A stretch of 51,371 nt of DNA from an uncultured Burkholderiaceae bacterium (GTDB lineage: Bacteria > Pseudomonadota > Gammaproteobacteria > Burkholderiales > Burkholderiaceae_F). The translations under genes and the position numbers were made by a program. Numbering within the stretch: the stretch's first letter is position 1; each line of letters starts with the position of its first letter. This document shows positions 44,516-51,371 of this stretch, in pieces. The notes below the pieces were generated by a model that saw only the letters and a program-made list of their open reading frames with translations, had not been told where the DNA came from and ran no database searches. Location: positions 1 through 51,371 of the forward strand of contig CAZTUT010000003.1 of assembly GCA_964616395.1 (NCBI GenBank). The letters are read 5' to 3'.

Positions 44516-46030
44516 CTAGAAGAACATCCGCGGCGGGCCGCCCTTGGCCGGCGCGCCGCCGCCCGAGGGCTGCGCGCCCAGTGTGCCGCTAAGCACCTCC
44601 AGGCCTTCGGCAATGCCCTCGCCCGACACTTCAGTGGCGGTGCCATCGGTCAGGCCCAGGCGCACGTTCAGTGCCTTGGGCTTGCCGTTGTCCAGCACCC
44701 AGACGCGACCGCTGGCGGCGCCCCCGCTGCGACCCGCCTGCTCGGCCACGATCTCCGCGTAGCGCGCCTTCTGCTCGGGTCGAAGAATGTCTTCGATGCG
44801 GGCGCGCGACTCGGCACGGATCGCTGCGCCCATCTTGCCGCGCGCCTCCTCGGGCATCTCGCGCAGCGCCATGAACTTGTTGCGCATGTCGGCCAGGATC
44901 GGATCGAGCCGCGCCTGCTGGTCGGCGTCGAGCTTCAGTTCGCTGACCAGCCGCTCTCGGAACTGCGCGCCCTGGCCCGCCTGCCCGCCCGCCGCCGGCG
45001 CGCCCTTCGCATCGGCCGCCTTGCTGTCGCCGGCCTTGCCACCCTTGTCGGCTGCGGCTTCGCCGGGCGGTCGGAAACGCAATGCCGCGTTGGCGACCTT
45101 GAGCACCGATTCGCGGGTGTCGGTGACGATGCGCACGTTGGCGGTCATGCCCGGCATCAGTTGCCCTGACTCGTTGGCGGCCGTGATCAGCACCGTGTAG
45201 GTGACCACGTTCTGCACACTCTGCGCCGCCTTGCGCACCTGCTTGACCTCGCCGTTGAAGCTGCGGCCCGGGAACGAATCCACGGTGAAGCTGGCGCGCT
45301 GGCCGACGCGGATGCGGCCGATGTCAGCCTCGTCGATCGACGCGTCGACCTGCATGTCGCGCAGGTCACGGGCGATCACGAACAGCTCCGGTGCCTGCAG
45401 GCTCGCCGCCACGGTCTGACCCACGTCGACGCTGCGCTTGATCACCACGCCGTCGACCGGCGCGCGGATCTCGGTGCGGCCCAGATCGACCCGGGCCGAG
45501 GCCAGCGAGGCCTCGCGTTGCGCCACCACCGCCTGCGCGTTGCGCACATCGGCCTGCGCCAGGTCGAATGCGGACTGGCGCGCATCGAGCTCTGCAGGAG
45601 AGACGAAATTGCGGGCCACCAGTTCCTTGGTCCGGTTCAATTCGCGCTGCACGTTGATCAGGCTGACCTGCGCGCGCCCCAGCGCCGAACGCGCCGCCTC
45701 GGTGTCGGCCTGAGCCTGCCGCACCCGGTACTCGAAGGTCTCGGGGTCGATGCGGGCGACCAGCTGGCCCTTCTTCACCACCGAGTTGAAGTCGACGAAC
45801 AGTTCCTTGATCTGGCCCGAGACCTGCGTGCCGACCTGCACCGAGGTCACCGGATTGAGCGTGCCGGTGGCCGACACGGTCGCCGTGATCGGCCCGCGCT
45901 CAACCTTCACCGTACGAAAGCGCGGCGCCTCGTCGGCCTTGCGGCTCTGCTGCCAGACGACGGCGCCCGCGATGGCGAGCGCCAGCACGAGGAGTGCGAT
46001 CCTGGACACGCGTGATGACAGGAGTTTCAT
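44516..46030 (-). CDS. Periplasmic adaptor (MacA/HlyD-family membrane fusion protein) with a ~115-aa C-proximal insertion
   Basis: It has an N-terminal anchor, a lipoyl/hairpin/barrel pattern (VGTQVSGQI, coiled coil, APVDGVV, PGMTANV) and a membrane-proximal end (VWVLDNGKPKALNVRLGLTDGTATEV). The start is at the internal ATG 46030. Confidence 0.85.
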   Translation of the reverse strand: MKLLSSRVSRIALLVLALAIAGAVVWQQSRKADEAPRFRTVKVERGPITATVSATGTLNPVTSVQVGTQVSGQIKELFVDFNSVVKKGQLVARIDPETFEYRVRQAQADTEAARSALGRAQVSLINVQRELNRTKELVARNFVSPAELDARQSAFDLAQADVRNAQAVVAQREASLASARVDLGRTEIRAPVDGVVIKRSVDVGQTVAASLQAPELFVIARDLRDMQVDASIDEADIGRIRVGQRASFTVDSFPGRSFNGEVKQVRKAAQSVQNVVTYTVLITAANESGQLMPGMTANVRIVTDTRESVLKVANAALRFRPPGEAAADKGGKAGDSKAADAKGAPAAGGQAGQGAQFRERLVSELKLDADQQARLDPILADMRNKFMALREMPEEARGKMGAAIRAESRARIEDILRPEQKARYAEIVAEQAGRSGGAASGRVWVLDNGKPKALNVRLGLTDGTATEVSGEGIAEGLEVLSGTLGAQPSGGGAPAKGGPPRMFF

Positions 46031-46228
46031 GGCTGGCCCGGAAACCGAATGGCGCGATTCTAAAAGGGGTCCCCGACCGTGCACGGATCACAATCGCGAC
46101 GAAACGCCGAAACAAGCGGCCGAACTGCCTGCTGGGGGCGGTCCCGCGTTGCTAGACTTTGACCGCAACTTTCCGGACGGCGTCCACCCGTCGCGATGCC
46201 CTGTTGTCCGGACCGAGGAAAAGACCGC

Positions 46229-46918
46229 ATGAACGCAGCCACCGTTGGCCTGGATGTCGAGCAGGCCCGTTTCAACATGATCGAACAGCAGATCCGGCCG
46301 TGGGACGTGCTGGATCAGTCGGTACTCGACCTGCTGACCGTGGTTCGGCGCGAGGAGTTCGTGCCGGCCGAGTTTCGCAGCCTGGCCTTCACCGACATGG
46401 AGATCCCGCTGCGGGTCGAGGGCGCGGACACCGGCGAGCGCATGTTTTCCCCCAGGATGGAAGCGCGTTTCCTGCAGGAGCTGGGCGTGCGCCCGCACGA
46501 CCACGTGCTGGAGGTCGGCGCCGGCTCGGGCTACATGGCGGCACTGCTGGCGCACAAGGCGCAGCAGGTGCTGACCGTGGAGATCGACGAGCGGCTGGCC
46601 CGCTTTGCGCAGGCCAACCTGAAGCACAACGGCATCGGCAGCGTGACCGTGGCCGTGGGCGATGGCTGTCGGGGCTGGGCTGGCAAGGCACCCTATGACG
46701 TGATCATGATCAGCGGCTCGCTGCCGGTTCTGCCCGAGGGCTTGCTTGAACAGTTGAAGGTCGGTGGCCGGCTGGGCGTGATCGTTGGCGATTCGCCGGT
46801 GATGAGCGCGCAGGTGATCACCCGCGTGTCGGATTCCGCGTTCAACACGCTGCGCCTGTTTGAGACCGACGTGCCGCCGCTGCGTAACGCAGTGCGGCCC
46901 TCGACCTTCCGCTTCTAG
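46229..46918 (+). CDS. Protein-L-isoaspartate O-methyltransferase-family protein
   Basis: VLEVGAGSGYMAALLA is the SAM motif I. Overall the protein resembles Pcm. It sits in the pcm-like/rhodanese/tolC arrangement. Confidence 0.8.
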   Translation: MNAATVGLDVEQARFNMIEQQIRPWDVLDQSVLDLLTVVRREEFVPAEFRSLAFTDMEIPLRVEGADTGERMFSPRMEARFLQELGVRPHDHVLEVGAGSGYMAALLAHKAQQVLTVEIDERLARFAQANLKHNGIGSVTVAVGDGCRGWAGKAPYDVIMISGSLPVLPEGLLEQLKVGGRLGVIVGDSPVMSAQVITRVSDSAFNTLRLFETDVPPLRNAVRPSTFRF

Positions 46919-46941
46919 CGCGCCGCCGCGACCAGGAATCG

Positions 46942-47265
46942 ATGAAACAGCTCAGCGTCACCGAGCTTGCCCAGTGGCTGTCCGACCCGGCGCGGCCGCA
47001 GCCGCTGCTGCTCGATGTACGCGAGCCCTGGGAGCATCAGATCTGCCAGATCGAGGGTGCACAACTGGTGCCGATGCGGAGCATCCCGACGCAGGCCGCC
47101 AGTCTCGACCCGGCGCAGACCATCGTCTGCATCTGCCATCACGGCGGCCGCAGCGCCCAGGTGGCCATGTTCCTGATGCGGCACGGCTTCGGCGACGTCT
47201 ACAACCTCGCCGGCGGCGTCGATGCCTGGGCACGACAGGTCGACCGCGCGATGGCCACCTATTGA
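46942..47265 (+). CDS. Rhodanese-domain sulfurtransferase
   Basis: It is a single rhodanese domain with the active-site loop CICHHGGRS. Confidence 0.85.
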   Translation: MKQLSVTELAQWLSDPARPQPLLLDVREPWEHQICQIEGAQLVPMRSIPTQAASLDPAQTIVCICHHGGRSAQVAMFLMRHGFGDVYNLAGGVDAWARQVDRAMATY

Positions 47266-47376
47266 GCAACGCGCATGACCGCCGTCATCGATCCGCCCTC
47301 GGCTTCGCTGCGCTTCGCGCGCAGCGCCGTGCATCCTTCATTGCCTCTTTAGGCCTGACCAGGCCGGGAAGACCCC

Positions 47377-48744
47377 ATGCGAACCCCTCCCAAGACGCTG
47401 ACCCGCGCGGTATCGACCGCGTTGCTGACGTTCGCGCCGCTGTTCACGATCAGCGCGTTTGCGCAGACACCCCTGGGCACACCGGCTGCGCGCAACGACC
47501 TGCTCGCCATCTACCGGCTCGCGCTCGCCAATGACCCGGTGTTCGCGTCCGCGCGCTTTGCCCGCCAGGCCTCGCAGGAGCGCGAACCGCAAGCGCGCGC
47601 CGCCACGCTGCCCAACGTGACCGCCAGCCTGGGCTACAACATCACGAACTTCGACTCGAAGACGCCGGATTTCAGCCGCACCTTCAACGCCTGGGGCCCG
47701 GCGATCCAGGCCACGGTGCCGATCTACCGGCCGCAGAACTGGAATGCGCTCGACCAGGCCAGGCTGCAGGTTCAGTCGGCCGACCTGACCTTCGCCCAGG
47801 CGCAGCAGGACCTGATCCTGCGCGTGGCGCAGGCCTACTTCGACGTGCTCGGCGCGCAGGACGACCTGACCGCGATCGAAGCCAGCAAGAAGGCCGTCTC
47901 CGAGCAGCTTGCGCAGGCACGCCGCGAGTTCGAGGTCGGCACCAAGACCATCGTCGATACCCACGAGGCGCAGGCGCGGTTCGACCAGATCGTCGCGCAG
48001 GAGCAGGTGGTACGCGGCACGCTGATCGTGCGGCAGAACACGCTGCGCTCGATCATCGGACGTGACCCGGGGGCGCTGGTGCCGCTGACCGACAAGCCGC
48101 AACTGAAGGCACCGCAACCACTCGACGTCGACTCCTGGGCGCGACAGGCCGAGGAAGGCAGCTTCCCGGTTCAGGTCGCGCGTCTGAACGGCGAAATCGC
48201 CAAGATCGGCACCAAGCTGGCGCGTAACGGCCACATGCCGACGGTCGATCTGGTGGCCTCGCTGAACCAGAACCGCTCCGATGGCAGCGCCAGCGCCGGC
48301 ATTTCGAACACCACCCGCACCGGCGTACTTGGCGTGCAGCTGAATGTGCCGGTCTACAGCGGCGGACTGACCCAGAGCCGGATCCGCGAGGCGCTGGCGA
48401 TCGAGGACCGCACGCAGCAGGATCTGGAAGCGGCGCGGCGCAATGCTTCGCAAAGCGCGAAGCAGGCCTACACCGGCGTCGACTTCGGCCTGGCGCAGGT
48501 GCGGGCACTGGAGTCGGCCGAGGTGTCGGCGCGCAGCCAGCTCGAATCGACCCGCCTTGGCTACCAGGTTGGCGTCCGCATCAACCTCGACGTGCTCAAC
48601 GCGACCACGCAGCTGTTCGCCACGCAGCGTGACCTGAAGAAGTCGCGCTACGAGTTCCTGATCAACGGGCTGCGGCTGGAGTCGGCCACCGGCGGGCTCG
48701 ACGAACAGGACGTGCAGGCCGTCAATACGCTGCTGGTGCGCTGA
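47377..48744 (+). CDS. tolC: TolC-family outer-membrane channel
   Basis: It has a signal peptide and duplicated OEP repeats (LLAIYRLALANDP..., coiled helices). Its size matches TolC type I exit ducts. Confidence 0.85.
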   Translation: MRTPPKTLTRAVSTALLTFAPLFTISAFAQTPLGTPAARNDLLAIYRLALANDPVFASARFARQASQEREPQARAATLPNVTASLGYNITNFDSKTPDFSRTFNAWGPAIQATVPIYRPQNWNALDQARLQVQSADLTFAQAQQDLILRVAQAYFDVLGAQDDLTAIEASKKAVSEQLAQARREFEVGTKTIVDTHEAQARFDQIVAQEQVVRGTLIVRQNTLRSIIGRDPGALVPLTDKPQLKAPQPLDVDSWARQAEEGSFPVQVARLNGEIAKIGTKLARNGHMPTVDLVASLNQNRSDGSASAGISNTTRTGVLGVQLNVPVYSGGLTQSRIREALAIEDRTQQDLEAARRNASQSAKQAYTGVDFGLAQVRALESAEVSARSQLESTRLGYQVGVRINLDVLNATTQLFATQRDLKKSRYEFLINGLRLESATGGLDEQDVQAVNTLLVR

Positions 48745-48821
48745 TCGGCGGATCCTGAGCCGGCGCGCCGGGCGCAAGGCTCGCGCGTCGGGCAGGTCGC
48801 CGCGCCGCGCTCAGGCGCAGA

Positions 48822-50201
48822 TCACGGCGGCGGTAGCAGGCTGATCAGGCGCTGCACACTGCGCTCGGTGGCGCCGCGGTGCGCCTGAGCAAACTGCGTT
48901 GCGCCGTCGGCCATCGTTCGCCGTGCAGCGGGGTCGGCGCTCAGACGCGTCAGCGCCGCGACTGCCTGCTGAATGCTTCCGACCTGAAGGGCCGCGCCCG
49001 CGCTGATTGCATCGGCCGCCGCTTGCGCGAAGTTGAAGACGCTCGGCCCCAGCACCACCGGCGTGCCTGCGGCACAGGACTCGATCAGGTTCTGCGAACC
49101 GAAAGGCAGCAGGCTGCCCCCCATCAGTGTCAGGTCGGCTGCGGCGTAGTACAGCGGCATCTCGCCCAGCGTGTCGCCGAGCAGAACGACGTCATCGGCC
49201 AGGACGGAGGCATCGCCGACCGCCGGCCACTGGCCGAGGCTGCGGCGCAGGCAGCGCCAACCGCGTGCCTCGATCAGCTTCGCCACCTCGTCGAAACGCT
49301 GCGGATGACGCGGCACCACGATCAGCCGGTGCGCAGGGCTCGGCGATGCGCGCGCCAGTTCATCGAGCAGCAGCGCCTCTTCGCCATCGCGGCTGGCGGC
49401 CAGCAGCCATACCGGGAGCGGATTCCGCGATTCCGGCGACGCGTCACTGTCGGGCGCAGCCTGGGCAGCGGGCAGCGGCGAAACAGCCGATCCACTCCGC
49501 TGGCCGATCGTGTGGTGCAGTTGCGCGCCGGCAGCGAGCAGCGCCGGATCGGGCCGAAGGTCGAACTTGAGATTGCCCATCACCTCGCATGGCCCCGGAT
49601 AGAGGCGCCGCAGCCGCTGCGCATCGGCCGGCGCCTGCGCCAGCACCAGCGCAAAGCCGGTGGCCGCCTCTCGCATCAGGCCCTCAACCCGCAGCGCGCG
49701 TGCCAGCGACTTCTCCGACAGCCGCGCGTTGACCAGCGCCACCGGCAGCCCACGCCGACGGGCCGCGGCCAGCAGGTTGGGCCAGACCTCGGTTTCCATC
49801 ACCACGCCGAGCACAGGCGCGGTCTCGCGAAAGAAGCGACCGAGCGCCCAAGGCAGCTCATAGGGCAGATAGCGCTGCACCAACCGGCCCGGCCAGCGGG
49901 CCGCCAGCTCGGCGCCGGCCGCGCGACCGGTGGGCGTCATGTGGGTGAGCACGAAATGCAGATCCGGCCGCGCCTGCGCCAGCGCATCGATCAGCGGCGC
50001 GGCGGCGCGCGTTTCGCCGAGCGACACTGCATGGATCCACACGACCGGGCCGCCCGCGGGCCGTGTGCCTCGGCCCAGAAATCGCTCGCCCCAATGCTGC
50101 CGATAGTCGGGCTGGCGCAGGCTGCGCCGCAGCAGGTACAGCGCGACCGCCGGCAGCGCAGCGATCCACGCCAGTGTGTACAGCAGGCGGCGGGCGCTCA
50201 T
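48822..50201 (-). CDS. waaA: 3-deoxy-D-manno-octulosonic acid (Kdo) transferase
   Basis: The motifs are VWIHAVSLGETRAA and VPRHPQRF, with the C-terminal GGSL..FGSQNLIE pattern. The start is at the internal ATG 50201, overlapping the waaC stop (ATGA). The upstream track extension is Arg-rich noise. Confidence 0.85.
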   Translation of the reverse strand: MSARRLLYTLAWIAALPAVALYLLRRSLRQPDYRQHWGERFLGRGTRPAGGPVVWIHAVSLGETRAAAPLIDALAQARPDLHFVLTHMTPTGRAAGAELAARWPGRLVQRYLPYELPWALGRFFRETAPVLGVVMETEVWPNLLAAARRRGLPVALVNARLSEKSLARALRVEGLMREAATGFALVLAQAPADAQRLRRLYPGPCEVMGNLKFDLRPDPALLAAGAQLHHTIGQRSGSAVSPLPAAQAAPDSDASPESRNPLPVWLLAASRDGEEALLLDELARASPSPAHRLIVVPRHPQRFDEVAKLIEARGWRCLRRSLGQWPAVGDASVLADDVVLLGDTLGEMPLYYAAADLTLMGGSLLPFGSQNLIESCAAGTPVVLGPSVFNFAQAAADAISAGAALQVGSIQQAVAALTRLSADPAARRTMADGATQFAQAHRGATERSVQRLISLLPPP

Positions 50202-51196
50202 CGGCCGCCTGCGTCGTCCATGACGCGCGCGGCGGCGGCGATCACCGCGTCGGCCGACGGTGCCTGATTCACGCCGCCGAGGCTCTCGCACCGCGCATCG
50301 CCGATCAGCCCGACCAGGGCCGGGTCGTAGTCGCAGTAGATGCCCACTGTCGGCGCGCCGGCCGCAGCCGCCAGGTGCGACAGGCCGGTGTCGAGCCCGA
50401 TCACCACGCGGGCGCGCGCCAGCACCGCCGCCGCGGCATCGAGCGCGAGCCGTGGCAGTACCGTGGCATCGCGCATCCGCGCCGCGCGGGCGCGGGTGGC
50501 GTCCTGCTCGGGCGTGCTGCCCCAGAACAGCAGCGAGGCCAGTCCGCGCTTCGCCAGCCACGCCTCGACTGCCTGCCAGCGTTCGTCGGGCCACAGCTTG
50601 GTCGCGCGGCTGGCATTGGTGAGCAGCACCGCATAGCCGGGAGCGGCCGAGTCATTGGACTGGGACTCGATCAGCCCGGCCGGCAGGTCGGGAACGCGCA
50701 GCGCGAACCGCGGCTTCGCATCGGGCGCGTAGCCAAATGCCGCCGCACCCAGCGCGCGATTGCGAGCGACCGCATGCTGGCTGCGCGGCACACTGACTTT
50801 CTGGTCGTAGAACCACGCCGCCAGCGGCTCGCGCGCCGACGCGCGGTCCAGCCCGGTGCGCGGCCCCCGCGCCCAGTGCGCGACCCACGCACTCTTGGCC
50901 AGGCCCTGGCAGTCGATGATGCGGTCGTACGGCTGGGCGCGCAGTTCGGCGCGCGCGGCGCGCAGTTCGCTCCACGTGTCGGCGGCCAACGGCTGCTTGC
51001 GCCAGCGCCGCAGCGCCACCGTGTGCACGCGCGCGACCGCCGGATGCAGCCGCGCGATCGGCGCAAAGCCCTCTTCCAGCACCCACTCGATGTGCGCGCC
51101 GGGCACATGCGTCGCCAGGTCGGACACCAGCGGCAGCGCATGCACGATGTCGCCCATCGACGAGGTCTTGACGATCAGGATGCGCGGACTGGACAT
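50198..51196 (-). CDS. waaC: Lipopolysaccharide heptosyltransferase I
   Basis: The motifs are ILIVKTSSMGDIVHALP and DTGLSHLAAAAGAPTVGIY, placing it in the GT9 family. It is adjacent to waaA. Confidence 0.85.
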   Translation of the reverse strand: MSSPRILIVKTSSMGDIVHALPLVSDLATHVPGAHIEWVLEEGFAPIARLHPAVARVHTVALRRWRKQPLAADTWSELRAARAELRAQPYDRIIDCQGLAKSAWVAHWARGPRTGLDRASAREPLAAWFYDQKVSVPRSQHAVARNRALGAAAFGYAPDAKPRFALRVPDLPAGLIESQSNDSAAPGYAVLLTNASRATKLWPDERWQAVEAWLAKRGLASLLFWGSTPEQDATRARAARMRDATVLPRLALDAAAAVLARARVVIGLDTGLSHLAAAAGAPTVGIYCDYDPALVGLIGDARCESLGGVNQAPSADAVIAAAARVMDDAGGR

Positions 51197-51232
51197 GACT
51201 CGGCCCGTACGGCCCACCGGGCCGCGGCGGCG

Positions 51233-51371
51233 CTAGAACGGCAGCGCGGCGTCGGGCTTGACCGCCAGCAGCGCGCGCCGGAAGTCGGCCTGGATGCGCG
51301 CCAGCGCGGCATCGTTGTCGGCCTCGAAGCGCAGCACCACGACCGGCGTGGTGTTCGACGGCCGCGCCAGG
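51233..51371 (-). CDS. Phosphomannomutase/phosphoglucomutase, C-terminal end (gene continues beyond the right edge)
   Basis: The reverse translation LARPSNTTPVVVLRFEADNDAALARIQADFRRALLAVKPDAALPF* matches the conserved AlgC/PMM-PGM C-terminus (RxSNTxPxLVLRFEA). Confidence 0.8.
   Translation of the reverse strand, partial: LARPSNTTPVVVLRFEADNDAALARIQADFRRALLAVKPDAALPF

Noticed and set aside
46229-48744. pcm-like / rhodanese / tolC triad as a potential novel system
   Set aside because: This arrangement is a widely conserved housekeeping neighbourhood in betaproteobacteria. Nothing atypical is seen in the sequences here.
1-51371. CRISPR arrays, rRNA genes, IS elements, integrases, and phage or toxin-antitoxin or known defence-system genes
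   Set aside because: I saw no spaced direct-repeat arrays and no transposase, integrase, recombinase, nuclease-helicase or methylase-restriction type ORFs on either strand. The only multi-copy short repeats are those reported as features.

Overview
This is a very GC-rich chromosomal segment with Burkholderiales-like (betaproteobacterial) gene content and synteny. I found no rRNA genes, CRISPR arrays, transposases or integrases. Left to right: the 5' part of a TonB-dependent receptor gene (-); a yejABEF-type peptide ABC importer (-); a complete ybgC-tolQ-tolR-tolA-tolB-pal-cpoB envelope cluster (+); a YeeE/YedE sulfur-transport-like membrane protein; tRNA-Lys(UUU); an ALDH7-type aldehyde dehydrogenase; pnuC plus a NadR-type P-loop kinase; and a TPP (THI-box) riboswitch directly upstream of a second TonB-dependent receptor. 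From about 20.2 to 36.5 kb the content becomes accessory. This stretch holds a prolyl-4-hydroxylase-type oxygenase divergent from a large secreted Gly/Trp/Tyr- and Pro-rich protein. It also holds a stress-type islet with visibly lower GC and unusually long intergenic spacers. The islet carries tiny membrane proteins (lmo0937-family, DUF3309, a 69-aa protein), CsbD, a BON lipoprotein, a PLD/cardiolipin-synthase-like lipoprotein and three paralogous Crp/Fnr regulators. After it come a low-GC methyltransferase, a RutE-like nitroreductase, galE, an FN3+BNR-propeller lipoprotein and tRNA-Gly(CCC). The right third is mostly housekeeping: a secreted PLD, DUF3297, trmB, a Ycf46-like AAA+ ATPase, uppP, a lipoprotein, a split MacAB-like ABC efflux system, a pcm-like/rhodanese/tolC triad, waaA, waaC and the 3' end of a PMM/PGM gene. 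The MacAB adaptor carries an unusual LTxxQ-like insertion. I do not see a clear-cut novel multi-gene system. The best leads are the riboswitch-controlled outer-membrane receptor, the triple-Crp stress islet with repeated palindromes, the P4H/proline-rich secreted protein pair, and the adaptor insertion. Many long ORFs in the supplied track are antisense shadows typical of high-GC DNA. Many true genes start well inside their track ORFs.
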